Source of the DNA: an uncultured Verrucomicrobiae bacterium
Lineage (GTDB): Bacteria; Verrucomicrobiota; Verrucomicrobiia; Limisphaerales; Palsa-1400
Length of the DNA stretch: 64,000 nucleotides
Assembly (NCBI GenBank): GCA_963702845.1
Contig: OY969763.1
Span: 4,000,001-4,064,000 of the forward strand
Reading direction: 5' to 3'
The notes under the pieces are model-generated. The model was not told the origin of the DNA, made no database searches, and was given only the letters and a program-made list of their open reading frames with translations. Positions 42,763-54,900 of this stretch are shown piece by piece. Each line of letters begins with the position of its first letter. The first letter of the stretch is position 1. The position numbers and the translations under genes were made by a program.

Positions 42763-45090
42763 TCACTGCATCGCGCGTGCGATGGAATTAAACCACAGGT
42801 CGTGCAACTCGATCGTATTCCATTTCAGTTCAGCACCAACTGTTTTGATGGCCAGTTCGTCGCCGCCAACAGTTCCTAATTTCATCGCGGCAATACCGAG
42901 GATTTTTGCGCGCTCCAAAACTTTCGGAACATTCAACGGGGAAACCGAAACCACAATACGTCCTTGCGATTCGCCGAATAACAGCGCGTCCAGGCGGTTT
43001 ACGTTGGCCAAACTTAAATCAATTTGTGCGCCGATGAGCCGCGGAGTTTCGCGGGCAATCTGTTGCGATATACACGATTCGGCAAGCGCGACTGCCAGCC
43101 CACCGTCACTGCAATCATGTGCGCTCTTGACGATGCCGCTTTCGATGAAGCCGCGCAACGCGTTGTGGACAGCGCGTTCCTTTTCCATATCGCAACGCGG
43201 CGGCGTGCCGGTCTTTAAATGGTGCACCGTTTGTAAATAGGCCGAACCGCCGAGACCAAGTAGCGAGTCATTACCATCAGCGATCTCGCCTAACAGAATG
43301 ACGATATCACCTTCGTCTTTGAACCATTGCGTGGTGATGTATTCCGGTTTTTCGATTTGTCCGACCACAGCGACGGTCGGCGTAGGATCGATAGGACCGT
43401 TTGGACTTTGATTATAAAGGCTGCAATTGCCGCCGGTCACCGGCGCATTGAAAAAACGGCATGCATCAGCGACACCACGCACCGATTCCTTAAGCTGCCA
43501 AAACAGTTCAGGATTATGCGGGTTGGCGAAATTTAAATTGTCGGTCGAGCCGAGCGCCACCGCGCCGGAGCAAGCCAGATTGCGAATGGCTTCGGCAACG
43601 GCGAGTTTTCCACCTTCGTAGGGATCAAGATAAACGTAAGTCGCGTTGCAATCGACTGTGAGAGCAATCAACTTTTCCTTCGTCGATTTGCTCTCGCCAT
43701 TGTTCGGCACGGAATCTTCTTTGATGCGAATGACGGCGGCGTCTGATCCAGGGCAAACGATCGAACCATCGCGAACCATGTGGTCATATTGCCGATAGAC
43801 CCAGTTTTTCGAAGCAATGGTTGGCCAGGCAACCAGTTGTTTCAGTGCAGCCACGGCGTCAGAACAATCAGGCACGTTGCTCAAAGTGAACTCGCGGACT
43901 TGTTTCAAGTATGCAGGTTCAATCGCATCGCGGTAATAGATCGGCGCTTCATCCGCAAGTTTCCTCGCTGGAATATTCGCAACGATATCGCCATTGAACT
44001 TCACCACCATGTTCCCGGTGTCAGTCACTTCGCCAATCTGTGCCCAAGGCAAATCCCATTTGTCGAAAATCCGTTTTACTTCCTCTTCGCGCCCCTTCTT
44101 AACGATGATCAGCATGCGCTCTTGCGATTCGCTGAGCATGATTTCGTACGGCGTCATGTTCGGCCCGCGTTGCGGCACTTTGTTCAACTCGATTTCGATG
44201 CCCGTGCCCGCGCGTGCTGCGGTTTCGCAGGTCGAACAAGTCAGCCCGGCTGCGCCCATATCTTGAATCCCGGCGACAGCGTCAGTCGCAAGCAATTCGA
44301 GGCAAGCTTCGCAAACCAGTTTCTCCATAAATGGATCACCGACTTGCACCGCACCGCGCTGTTGTTCGGCGGATTCTTGCGTGAGGTCTTGCGACGCAAA
44401 CGCAGCGCCTGCCAGGCCATCACGACCCGTTGCAGGGCCAACGTAGAAAACTGGATTGCCGATGCCTTCAGCCTTGCCGCGCGCGATCTGGTCGTGGCGC
44501 AGAACCCCGAGGCAAAATGCGTTCACCAGCGGATTGCCTTCGTACGACTTATCAAAATAGACCTCGCCCGCCACCGTCGGAATCCCAAAGCAATTGCCAT
44601 AGTGCGCAATTCCCGCGACAACTCCGTTGAACAAACGTCGATTGTTCACGACCTGAGAATTATCGCCAGAACCGTTCGTGGTGATTGGTCCAAACCGCAA
44701 CGAATTCAATGCGCAAATTGGCCGCGCGCCCATCGTGAAAATATCGCGGATGATTCCACCCACACCGGTTGCCGCGCCTTGAAATGGTTCAACCGCACTC
44801 GGATGATTGTGCGATTCGATTTTGAAAGCGATCGCGAGATTGTCGCCGATATCGATGATGCCCGCGTTCTCCTCACCTGCCCCAACGAGAATTTTAGGCG
44901 ACTTGGTGGGAAATGTTTTGAGGAGCGGCCGCGTATTCTTATAAGAACAGTGCTCGCTCCACATCACTGAAAAAATTCCAAGCTCGGTGTAAGTGGGATC
45001 GCGTCCGAGAATGCCTTTCAGCCTTTCAAATTCCTCGGGCGTGAGGTTGTGCTTTTTAACTAGCTCGGGTGTAATCGCGTTCTGGGTCAT
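42763..45090 (-). CDS. purL: Phosphoribosylformylglycinamidine synthase subunit PurL
   Basis: [42 protein letters not shown]. Confidence 0.98.
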   Translation of the reverse strand: MTQNAITPELVKKHNLTPEEFERLKGILGRDPTYTELGIFSVMWSEHCSYKNTRPLLKTFPTKSPKILVGAGEENAGIIDIGDNLAIAFKIESHNHPSAVEPFQGAATGVGGIIRDIFTMGARPICALNSLRFGPITTNGSGDNSQVVNNRRLFNGVVAGIAHYGNCFGIPTVAGEVYFDKSYEGNPLVNAFCLGVLRHDQIARGKAEGIGNPVFYVGPATGRDGLAGAAFASQDLTQESAEQQRGAVQVGDPFMEKLVCEACLELLATDAVAGIQDMGAAGLTCSTCETAARAGTGIEIELNKVPQRGPNMTPYEIMLSESQERMLIIVKKGREEEVKRIFDKWDLPWAQIGEVTDTGNMVVKFNGDIVANIPARKLADEAPIYYRDAIEPAYLKQVREFTLSNVPDCSDAVAALKQLVAWPTIASKNWVYRQYDHMVRDGSIVCPGSDAAVIRIKEDSVPNNGESKSTKEKLIALTVDCNATYVYLDPYEGGKLAVAEAIRNLACSGAVALGSTDNLNFANPHNPELFWQLKESVRGVADACRFFNAPVTGGNCSLYNQSPNGPIDPTPTVAVVGQIEKPEYITTQWFKDEGDIVILLGEIADGNDSLLGLGGSAYLQTVHHLKTGTPPRCDMEKERAVHNALRGFIESGIVKSAHDCSDGGLAVALAESCISQQIARETPRLIGAQIDLSLANVNRLDALLFGESQGRIVVSVSPLNVPKVLERAKILGIAAMKLGTVGGDELAIKTVGAELKWNTIELHDLWFNSIARAMQ

Positions 45091-45091
45091 T

Positions 45092-45805
45092 CTAGGCGGC
45101 TTTCGCGAGAGAACGATTTTGCAACGATTGAATCAGGCTTTCAAAAACAACCTTGCCATCCGCACAACCCAACAACACCTCGCTGGCGCGTTCGGGATGC
45201 GGCATGAGACCAGCCACATTTCGCGCTTCATTGCAAATACCCGCGATGTTCAGCAACGAACCATTGGGGTTTGCCGCTTCGGTCAACTCTCCATTCGCCG
45301 TGCAGTATTGCCACAAAATCTGCCGATTCGTCTGCAACTTGCTCAATGTGGCATCATCAGCGAAATAACATCCTTCACCATGCGCGATCGGAACCCGCAG
45401 AATTTTGGCTTCAGGAATTTTGTTGGTAAAAGGCGAATCGGAGGTGGCCGTTTTGATAAAAACATTTTCGCAACGGAATTGAAGCGAACGGTTGCGAATC
45501 AACGCGCCGGGGAGCAATCCGGCCTCGCACAAAATCTGGAACCCATTGCAAACACCCAACACCGCTCCGCCATTCGCAGCGAATTGCTGCACTGCTTGCA
45601 TAATTGGGCTGAACCGCGCGATCGCGCCGGTGCGTAGATAATCGCCGTAGCTGAACCCGCCCGGAATCACGACGGCATCAATCCCGGCCAACGAATTCTC
45701 CTTATGCCAAATCAGGCGCGCAGAATGGCCGAGCACATTTTTTAAAACGTGCACCGCATCCTGGTCGCAGTTCGACGCCGGAAATTGTAAAACAGCAAAA
45801 TTCAT
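45092..45805 (-). CDS. purQ: Phosphoribosylformylglycinamidine synthase glutaminase subunit
   Basis: [40 protein letters not shown]. Confidence 0.97.
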   Translation of the reverse strand: MNFAVLQFPASNCDQDAVHVLKNVLGHSARLIWHKENSLAGIDAVVIPGGFSYGDYLRTGAIARFSPIMQAVQQFAANGGAVLGVCNGFQILCEAGLLPGALIRNRSLQFRCENVFIKTATSDSPFTNKIPEAKILRVPIAHGEGCYFADDATLSKLQTNRQILWQYCTANGELTEAANPNGSLLNIAGICNEARNVAGLMPHPERASEVLLGCADGKVVFESLIQSLQNRSLAKAA

Positions 45806-45904
45806 TTTGTGTCAGTCGTCAGTGGTCAACGGTCAGTTGTAAGAACCAAAAACAGACGGGAAAGTAATGCAACAACTGACTCCTGACAACTGACCGCGAA
45901 CCAA

Positions 45905-46145
45905 CTACTCAATCTCGAAACGGTAATCCTCGATCACCGGATTGCTCAAAATCTTGTGGCACGCATCGTCAATCTGTTTGCGCCACGCTTCCTTATCGTC
46001 GCCGGCAAGTTCGATCTCCAGGGTACTTGCCGACATGCACCGCGCCGATGCCCTTGTAACCCATGTGTTCCAGCGCGCTCGCGACGGTCTTGCCCTGCGG
46101 ATCGAGCACGGCCTTTTTCGGTGTCACAATGATTTTGGCTTTCAC
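45905..46145 (-). CDS. purS: PurS subunit; one extra base at 46021-46023 shifts the frame
   Basis: VKAKIIVTPKKAVLDPQG...VGKY continues as LEIEL...CHKILSNPVIEDYRFEIE* after removing one G; 241 nt = 80 codons + 1. Confidence 0.92.
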
Positions 46146-46290
46146 TCGGGCGCGATGTTGAGCGAACCAACGCGCGCACGCCAGTTTTTTCCGCGCTCGC
46201 GAGCACAAACAGAGCGCCGCTTGAAAACAGTCGCTTCAGCCCAATTCGGACTTGCGAATGAATTCATTCTTACCGACCCTAGTCTCATTC

Positions 46291-47305
46291 ATGGCTAAAA
46301 AAGCCCTTATCACAGGAATTACGGGACAGGACGGGTCGTATCTCGCTGAGTTGTTGCTCGCTAAAGGCTATGAAGTGCATGGCATCATCCGCCGCGCCAG
46401 CACTTTCAACACCGGCCGCCTCGACCCTATTTACGCCGACCCGCACTCGGGCCAGAGCCGTTTGTTCCTGCACTACGGTGATCTCGCCGATGCCAGCGCG
46501 CTCGCGCGTTTGCTCGGAAAAATCAATCCGGAAGAAATCTACAACCTCGCCGCCCAAAGCCATGTGCGCGTGAGTTTCGATTCGCCCGAATACACCACCG
46601 ACATCACCGCGACCGGTACCGTGCGCCTGCTCGAAGCCATCCGCGAAGCCGGTTTGCGTCCGCGCTTTTATCAGGCGTCGTCGAGCGAAATGTACGGCAA
46701 GGTTTTGGAAGTTCCGCAAAAGGAAACGACGCCGTTCTATCCACGCAGTCCTTACGGTTGCGCCAAAGTGTATTCCTTTTGGATCACGGTGAATTACCGC
46801 GAATCCTACGGCATGCACGCCAGCAACGGGATTTTGTTCAACCACGAATCTCCACGCCGCGGCGAGACATTCGTCACCCGCAAAATCACCCGCGCCGTCG
46901 CGCACATCAAAGCTGGCCTGCAACAGAAGCTTTATCTCGGCAACCTCGACGCAAAACGCGACTGGGGTTATGCGAAGGAATACGTTGAAGCCATGTGGCT
47001 GATGCTCCAGCGGGACCAGCCCGACGATTACGTCATTGCCACCGGCGAAACGCATTCCATCCGCGAATTTCTGGACATCGCTTTCGGTCACGTCGGATCT
47101 CGATTGGAAAAAATATGTGGAAATCGATCCACGTTACTATCGACCGACCGAAGTCGACTTGTTGATTGGTGATTACAGCAAGGCAAAGAAGCAACTGGGT
47201 TGGGAACCAAAGACGCGTTTTGAGGAACTGGCCAAACTGATGGTCGATGCCGACGTGCAATTGCTCAAAGACCATCGCGAAGGCCGCATCAAAGTCGCGC
47301 AATAA
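46291..47305 (+). CDS. gmd: GDP-mannose 4,6-dehydratase, frameshift near 47097
   Basis: [56 protein letters not shown] in the next frame. Confidence 0.95.
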
Positions 47306-47368
47306 TTTTCAGGTTCTTGCTTCGAATTTACGCTTTTATCAGCGCGTGTAAGCGTTCATCTTGACGCC

Positions 47369-48653
47369 ATGCCCATGCTCGTGTCCAAAGGCCGTGACGG
47401 AGCGCAAATCCAATTGAAGCCGGGCATCAACCGTCTTGGGCGCAATGCCTCGAACGACTTTCAGGTCCAGGACACTTCCATTTCCGGCACGCACTGCGAA
47501 GTAATTGTGGAAGACGACACGGTGCGCGTGCGTGATCTCGGATTCGACCAACGGCACGTTTGTCGATGAGTTCCGTGTCCGCGAATCTTTCCTGCGCGAA
47601 GGCCAAACAGTCCGGCTGGGCTCGTGCGCGTTTTGCTTCCTTCCAAATACCACTCACGCGCCAACCACCGTGCGCCTGAGACAGCCGGCACCACCCGAAC
47701 CTCCGTCTGCGTCCGCGGAAAGCCTCCCACTGCCGCCCGTTGCACCGGGTGTTAAGACCTGCGCGAATCACGAATCTCGTGCGGCGGCGTTCGTATGCAA
47801 AAAATGCGGTGGGAACTTCTGCGATTCTTGTATCAACGAGCAAATCATCGCGCATCGCAAACTGCGGTTTTGTCGCGCCTGCGGCGAAGAGTGCATTTCG
47901 ATGCGTGAAGCTGCGCCTCAAGCGAAACGCGCACAAACGTTCTTTGAAATGTTACCGCAAGCGTTCCTGTATCCGTTGAAGCGCGACGGTTTGATCATGC
48001 TCGTTTCAGGAACGGTGTTCTTCGGCTTTTTGGACGCGATCGTTGGCGGGCCTCACATGGGTGGATTTTTCGTCGGCGCAAACGTGTTGATTGTGCAATT
48101 GTTCGCGCTCGGTTACCTGATCGCCTACATGAAAGCGATTGTGGCCGTTTCGGCTTACGGCGACGAGCACATGCCGAAGTGGCCGGACTTCGGTGAGTTC
48201 TACGACGACATCCTCCATCCCATCCTGCTCATGGGAACATGTCTCCTGCTCTGTTTTGCTCCGGTGTTAGCATACATGTATTACGTCGACTACGACCTGC
48301 CCGGCTGGGAACAGCTTGGGTTCGTCGCGTTGATCGTCCTCGGTTGCGCCGCATTGCCGATGTGCATGCTCGCGACGTTCCTGCACGAAACAGTTTTCGC
48401 ACTCAACCCGCTGGTGCTGGTCGTAACGGTTTTTCGGGTGCCGGCCGAATACATGGTCGCCTGCGTTGTGCTCGGGTTATTGGTTGGGCTTCGATTCCTC
48501 AGCGGCTACGTCACTGCGCTGGCTCACGTCATCCCCGTGCTTCCACAGGTTCTCGATGGGTTCATTTCGTTATATTTGGTGTCAGTTGAGATGCGCGTCA
48601 TCGGTTTGATCTTCTATACGAAGCGAAAACAACTCGGCTGGGCGATGTCGTAG
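47369..48653 (+). CDS. FHA domain + B-box-like zinc finger + multi-pass membrane domain protein; frameshift near 47542
   Basis: LGR...D.SIS..H...DLG-STNGTFV FHA motifs split across frames; CANH..CKKC..CDSC..CRAC; several C-terminal TM helices. Confidence 0.75.
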
Positions 48654-48730
48654 GGTCGTGTTTTCCCCGCGTTGGAAAACCAACCCTGTACGCTCTGGAA
48701 GGAACAGCAACGTTGGCCCAAGGTGTCGCC

Positions 48731-48817
48731 ATGAGTACTGCCAGTTATATTTTATTGGCTTGTGGTGTTGTGCTGTTAGTCGTGGCCATGATCATGAAGC
48801 GCACAAGGACGACCTGA
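48731..48817 (+). CDS. Putative 28 aa single-TM small protein
   Basis: MSTASYILLACGVVLLVVAMIMKRTRTT*; AAGGTG SD-like motif 5 nt upstream; below the ORF-track cutoff. Confidence 0.45.
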   Translation: MSTASYILLACGVVLLVVAMIMKRTRTT

Positions 48818-48907
48818 GTCATCGCGCCCGCCAGTTGGGCAAAGCGGGCAGCGCCCGGTTATATTTGCTGCTCGCCGCGATCTGCTCTTGTTAGTCGTTG
48901 TGTTCCG

Positions 48908-49300
48908 TCAGGAATTCAAAACTTTCAATGCCTTCTTGGCATCGGACACGCGGCAGATTAACAAGCCTTTCTTCGCGTCGGGTGGCGTGGCGCAGTAGGC
49001 GTATTCGATATTGATTTTAGCATCGCCCAATTTCCGCGAGAGTTTGGCCAAGGTACCGGGGCTGTTGTCGCCGGTGATCATTATCACGTCGTCTTCGACA
49101 ACAAGCGTTCCATGCTCCTCGAAAACGTAGATCGCCTTGTCGGGGTCGCTCACGACCATGCGGATGACGGCGTGATCGACGGTGTCGCTGGTCGAGATCG
49201 CGTAGATATTGATGTTCGCGGCTGAGAGCGCGTCACAGACACGCGCCAGCATGCCCGGGCGATTATCGAGAAAAAGAGCCAGTTGTTTTGTGATTTGCAT
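48908..49300 (-). CDS. Tandem ACT domain protein
   Basis: QLALFLDNRPGMLA...ANINI and NSPGTLA...KINIEYAY. Confidence 0.88.
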   Translation of the reverse strand: MQITKQLALFLDNRPGMLARVCDALSAANINIYAISTSDTVDHAVIRMVVSDPDKAIYVFEEHGTLVVEDDVIMITGDNSPGTLAKLSRKLGDAKINIEYAYCATPPDAKKGLLICRVSDAKKALKVLNS

Positions 49301-49386
49301 AGCGCGAGTCCAACTCAAAAACAGTTGGACTCTACTACGCTAGTTTTCACACTCGCACTTGTCAAACGCACGGAACCGCGCGCGGC

Positions 49387-50565
49387 TTATTGCCCTGGCT
49401 TCAATACAATCTTGATGCACTCGTCTTCGTGGTCGCGAAACATCTTGTAGCCTTCGGCGGCATCGGTCAGCGGCATGGTGTGGGTAATGACGAAGCTGGG
49501 ATCGATGTCACCTTTTTTGATCCGATCGAGCAGCGGACGGAGATAACGCTGCACGTGAGTTTGACCGGTCCTGATCGTAAGCGAACGGTTCATGATTGAA
49601 CCTAAAGGGATTTTGTCGACGAAACCGCCGTAGACGCCCGGGACGGAAACAGTGCCGCCGTTGCGACAGGCCATTATGCACTCGCGGAACGCGGCGGGCC
49701 GATCCGTTTCCAACCGCATAGCTTGCTTGATGCGGTCATATGTCCCGAGCAATCCATGGCCGCTGGCTTCCATGCCGACGGCGTCAATAGTGGCGTCCGG
49801 ACCGCGTCCCCCGGTCATTTCGTTGAGCACTTCGAGTACGCTATCCACTTCGAGACGATTGATGATTTCCGCCCCGCCCTCGTCTCTGGCCATTTCGAGG
49901 CGTTCAGGAATTTCGTCAATGGCGATGACGCGTCCGGCGCCGAGCAGCCACGCGCTCTTGATCGTGAACTGGCCAACCGGGCCGCAACCCCAGATGGCAA
50001 TCGTGTCGCCCGGCTGAATGTTGCATTGCTCGGCCGCCATATAACCGGTCGGGAAAATGTCGGAAAGGAACAGCACTTGTTCGTCGGTCAGGCCGTCTTC
50101 AATTTTGATCGGGCCGACATCGGCAAAAGGCACGCGCGCGAATTCCGCCTGACCACCAGCGTAACCACCGGTCATGTGAGAATAGCCGAAAATTCCGCAG
50201 GGCGAATGGCCCCACATTTTTTCAGCGATCGATGCGTTCGGGTTCGAATTTTCGCAGAGCGAAAACATCTGGCGATCGCAGAAGTAACAATTACCGCAGG
50301 CAATCGGGAATGGCACGACGACGCGGTCGCCGACTTTCAGGTTGTTGACGCCTTTGCCGGTTTCGACCACTTCACCCATGAATTCGTGCCCGAGAATGTC
50401 GCCCTTTTCCATCGTCGGCACATAGCCGTCGAAGAGATGGAGGTCCGAACCGCAAATGGCGGTCGAACTGATCTTCACGATGCAATCGCGCGGGTTCAGG
50501 ATTTTGGGATCTGGAACGTCCATCACCTGCACTTCACCGACGCCACACCAACAATTTGCTTTCAT
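49387..50565 (-). CDS. Zinc-dependent alcohol/formaldehyde dehydrogenase (MDR family)
   Basis: [15 protein letters not shown]-x2-C-x2-C-x7-[15 protein letters not shown]. Confidence 0.92.
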   Translation of the reverse strand: MKANCWCGVGEVQVMDVPDPKILNPRDCIVKISSTAICGSDLHLFDGYVPTMEKGDILGHEFMGEVVETGKGVNNLKVGDRVVVPFPIACGNCYFCDRQMFSLCENSNPNASIAEKMWGHSPCGIFGYSHMTGGYAGGQAEFARVPFADVGPIKIEDGLTDEQVLFLSDIFPTGYMAAEQCNIQPGDTIAIWGCGPVGQFTIKSAWLLGAGRVIAIDEIPERLEMARDEGGAEIINRLEVDSVLEVLNEMTGGRGPDATIDAVGMEASGHGLLGTYDRIKQAMRLETDRPAAFRECIMACRNGGTVSVPGVYGGFVDKIPLGSIMNRSLTIRTGQTHVQRYLRPLLDRIKKGDIDPSFVITHTMPLTDAAEGYKMFRDHEDECIKIVLKPGQ

Positions 50566-50580
50566 ATAAAACGGTTCCTT

Positions 50581-51474
50581 TTACGCATTGGCCATGCGGC
50601 GGATTTGTTTTTCGTATTTCGTCGCGCTAGTGGCACGACCGGCGGATTGACCTTCGGTCGTCGGAATCTCGCCTGTTTCCATCAGTTGTTTGAAGCGACG
50701 CAAGTCGTCTTTAACACTTTGCTCAGGTGCTTCGCCGAACAGTTTGGCAATGATCGCGCCCATCGCGCCCGCTGGCGGAACGTAACCGAGTTCGACCTGA
50801 ACAATAGTTTCTTTGCCATTTTGCACAGGTTCGAATCTAATCGTGCCCCAGTTGTCGACATCAGCACCGGGCAAGGATTGCCAGACGATGAGATGATTTG
50901 GCTGGTCGTCGACGATCTCGGCGTCCCACTTAACGGTCCTACCGGCTGGACCTTTGGCTACCCAACTGGATCGGGTGCCCCCGGTGACCTGCACAGATTC
51001 GAGATGATACATGAAGTTGGGCAGGTTTTCGAAATTACGCCAGAATTGATAGAGTTCCTGAGGCGATTTGCGAATCGTGACACTGCGACGGACACTGCGC
51101 GTCGCTCCCGCTTCTTCTTCGGAAAGTTGCATGCTGCAAAGAATATCCGCGACGGTGACACCGAGAACGGCGGCCGTGGCGAAAGTGAGTTTGCTCTTGT
51201 TGTTGCGCTCGGTTGCAAGACCCGTGCCGAGCGAGACAATGGAAAGTATGTCGCCCACGACACGTGACCACACCCATGGACTCAATTTCTTTTCATTAGC
51301 GGTGAGCAGACCGATGCCGGCGGTGAGTTCGCGCAATCCATAGCTGCGAGTCAGGCCGTTGTGGTTCTTTCTTACGCCGATCGCTTTTTCGAGTCTGCGG
51401 GGAGCAAGCAGTTCCGCCACCCCCAAACCGACACTAAACCACCCCAAAGCGCGCGCGAGATCTTGTTGTTTCAT
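50581..51474 (-). CDS. SRPBCC/cyclase-dehydrase family protein with N-terminal membrane domain
   Basis: LARALGWFSVGLG, LYQFWRNFENLPNFM, WDAEI, DLRRFKQLMETGE. Confidence 0.88.
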   Translation of the reverse strand: MKQQDLARALGWFSVGLGVAELLAPRRLEKAIGVRKNHNGLTRSYGLRELTAGIGLLTANEKKLSPWVWSRVVGDILSIVSLGTGLATERNNKSKLTFATAAVLGVTVADILCSMQLSEEEAGATRSVRRSVTIRKSPQELYQFWRNFENLPNFMYHLESVQVTGGTRSSWVAKGPAGRTVKWDAEIVDDQPNHLIVWQSLPGADVDNWGTIRFEPVQNGKETIVQVELGYVPPAGAMGAIIAKLFGEAPEQSVKDDLRRFKQLMETGEIPTTEGQSAGRATSATKYEKQIRRMANA

Positions 51475-51864
51475 GAAAATCCTTTCAAAAACAACTCGCG
51501 CCGTTCCGCGAAGTTTCCAGAGTGGCGAACGCCTTTTTTGACTGTGGTATTTGCCCTTAATAAAGCCAAATTCGGACGCACGGGAGGAGAGATGACTCAT
51601 TTGTTCTCACCTTCGTAAGTTCTTTTATTTCTGATTTCAGATCTGAGGTGCTTCGCCTCGCGCGAGACGCAACCATCAGGCGAGATGGATTGTGTGCGGA
51701 AGTAGCTAATCTGTCAAAAAATGTAGGGAAAGGAGGGAAAGAAACAGCACTTTTTCTGCACTATTTTTAGTCACCAAGGCACAAAGGTCGCTAAGAGAAA
51801 TGCGACCACAGAAGCACAGATATCTACAACCGGCAAAGAACGCATGCTCGGTAAGTTACACGGC

Positions 51865-51901
51865 AAAAAAAATCCCGCCCTCTCGAAAAAAGGGCGGGAT
51901 T
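51865..51901 (-). terminator. Rho-independent terminator of the LamG/Ig gene
   Basis: Plus strand A-tract then ATCCCGCCC...GGGCGGGAT; reads as hairpin plus T-tract on the minus strand. Confidence 0.8.
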
Positions 51902-51924
51902 GTGATCAACTACTTAGTTGCAAA

Positions 51925-54900
51925 TCAAGGGCTACATCTGCCCAGGTAAGATGCGTTGTAGATGGCGCTGATTTCAATGGCCGAAAGCGCGCGGTTGTAG
52001 AATGCAACTTCGTCCAGACTGCCGTTAAAGGGCCGGGTTCCATCGCAACACTCGCAGATGCTTCGTCCCATCTGGAAGCTGGTGTTGTTGTTGACGTTGA
52101 CAACAGTGCGCGTGGTCATGTTTGTGATGCTGAAGGCGTCCACGTAAAGGGACACGGACAGCCCAGAGCGAACTACCGCCACGTGATGCCATTGGCCATC
52201 ATTAACGGCTATGCCGAGAATGGGGTAATTGGTGCAGGCAACAGTGTTGTTTGTGGGGCCTCCAGCAAACATCTCAAACCCGATGACTCCCGGGTAGTCG
52301 CCCACGCCGTTGCGTCCGATTCGAATGCTCCAACCGGGGATGCAAGCATCACATTCTTGCCATTTCTCCATGAGTGCCATGATGTTATTATTGGTCGTTT
52401 TAACCCAACATTCGACCGTGAAGTTGTTCGTTCCAAAATTCGCCGCATTTGTTCCGAACGTAAGCGAACCACTGCTGGTTCCATCGAATTGGATGGCGGT
52501 GTTGACCTTGCCTGGGGCATAGGTCACTGAACTGGCCGTTCCGTCGTAGTTGCTGACCGAGTCTACTACGTTGCTTTCGAATTTCCACCAATCGAGCAAA
52601 CTGGCATCGGCAAGATTGGTAGCGCATATTGGCGAGTCCAGGACTGTCAGAACACCCGCCGGGGTGCTGGTTGCCGGGGTACAGATGTTGGCAGCCTGCA
52701 CGGCATACGAACCGGCATCGGTGTCGGCGACGCTAGCAATGGTATAGTTAGTGAGGTTGACGCCAATGGCGAGGACGTTGGTGGCGCTGGCAGTGGTCTG
52801 GATCCAAGAGTACGTGATGGGACTCGTGCCTGTTGCACTCGCAGAGAACCGAACGTGATTGCCCAAAAGGACCGTTTGGGATTGCGGACCAACGAGGATG
52901 GATGGCGACGTGACGGCTCTCAGTACCCTGGACGCGCTTGTGTCATTGCCCCAATTGTTGGTTATAACGACAGTGTAGCTGCCGGCTGAGTTAGTGGTGA
53001 ACCACGACGCCGTCGCACCGGAAATTGCGGTCCCATTGCGCTTCCATTGATAAGACATCGTGTCAGTCGTAGAAGGGGATTCCGATATGGTCACGAAGTT
53101 CGTCACGTCACAGATATTTGTGGATGAGAAGTCGATAGCTGCGGAAGTTGCCCTGACGCGGACATATGCGACGGCGCTGGTCACGATGCCGCTACTCGGG
53201 TAAAGATACGAAATGGAGTTTGTAACGATGACGCGAAAGCCGACGTTAGACAAAGTTGAATCGACGTTTGTGCTGGCGATGGTCAGGGTTTTGTTGGTCA
53301 CTCCAACGTCGACGAAGTTTGTTGGGTTGGCGACAGTGTTGGACTGCCAGCGATAGGCCAATTTGTTGGTCGTGCCGGTAACGGTAATTGTGAGCGTGGC
53401 AGTGGTGTGCCAATCGTTGGTTACACTGTTAGGGCCGGTGATTTGCGGCGGAGTCGAGAGCGTTGCGGTGGTGCTGGTGATCGTACCGCCGTGATTGGTG
53501 ATGACAACCGAGTAAGAATCGGCATTAGCGCCTTGAACGCCTAACAGCGTAAAGTTCGTTGTGGTGGTGCCGACGTATTGGCCGCCATCGGTGATCGTGT
53601 TGCCGTTGTCACGCCACCTGTAGGCCAAAGGGTTACCGCCGACAGTGACGGAGAAGTTCACGTTGGCGCCGATGGGAGCAGTGATGCTGACGGGGTTGTT
53701 ACTCATGAACGGACCGAAGTCGAGGTAGGCTTCGGAACTCGGGTACTGAATTGCAGTTATTGGAAACAACCACCGAGTATGTGCCAAGATCGGTAGTCGT
53801 AAGGGGACTCAGCAAGGTCAGGCTGCTGTTGGTTGCGCCTACGATATGTGATGGTGTATTGGTCAAATTGGCATTATTACGGGACCATTGATAAATCAAT
53901 GGACCCGTGCCGAGGTTGGTTACGCTAAACACCGGGCTTGAAGTGGTCCAAGCTTTTTGAGGCGATTTAGGCTGTCCGGTTATGGATATATCGGCACAGC
54001 ATATTCCATTCGTGCCCGCTGCATAGATCGCGAAGATTTCGTTGGAGGTGAGAGCGTGATCGTGAATGGCAATCTCGTCCAAGCCACCCCAGAAATCTCC
54101 ATATCCTTCCCCGCCCCCGACGTCCTGGGCAATTCGAAATGTGCTGCTGTTGTTTACATTCAGCGGATAATCATCAGAGGCCCAGATTACATCCGATACG
54201 TCCAACCAGCCGTCGACGTAGATAAGATTCCGTACAGGCCGGAACGCACGAAGGCAAAGTGATGCCACATGCCGTCGTCAATTGGCGTATATCCCCACAT
54301 CTCGTCCCAGTCGGTAGCGGCGACGCCTCCCTGAGTAGTGGTGCCCTGCTGAGTCATGTAAGGTAATCCATACCAAATGCCCACCTCCCACATGGGATTT
54401 CCTGCATTCCATGCATTCGCGCTCTCTTTTTGTATGAGCGTACCCTGGGTATAGCCCAAGTCATTCGCATAGGTATCCTGCATCTGAACCCACATGGAGA
54501 CTGTAAAATCGTTGGTTTTGAAATTACCGAACGTCGTGCCGGCAGTGAGCACGCTGTTGGTTGTGGCGTTGAATGAAAAAGCCTGTCCGACTATTCCATT
54601 GGTGTACGTTACGGCGCTTTTCACTGTCGCATTATTACCGCCTGCGTGATCAAGCCCATTGTTTTCACCTTGCCACCAAGCGAGAAGGCCACTGTCAGCA
54701 GTAGCACAGTGAGAAGAGCCGGCGGTCAACACGAAATCAACTTCAGTCGCACCGTAGGGGCTGTAGACGACAAGGGAATAGCTGCCAGCATCGGACTCCG
54801 TAAAGTATGGAATGGTAAGAACGTTGGATGTCGCAACGTGATTGCCCAACCACCCGAAGCCGTCTTGCCCGTAGAAAGCCCAGGAGTAGGTGAACGGGCC

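Noticed and set aside
43780..44970. Long antisense ORFs (also 5580-6515, 12906-13772, 23936-24913, 24971-26011, 61525-62328)
   Set aside because: They mirror conserved genes on the opposite strand, as expected from high-GC codon bias.
49723..51267. 514 aa plus-strand ORF
   Set aside because: Antisense shadow of the well-supported dehydrogenase and SRPBCC genes; no motifs.
51640..51700. Possible tRNA or riboswitch in the gap upstream of the SRPBCC gene
   Set aside because: Only a short GC hairpin; no T-loop GTTCRA, cloverleaf or recognisable aptamer.
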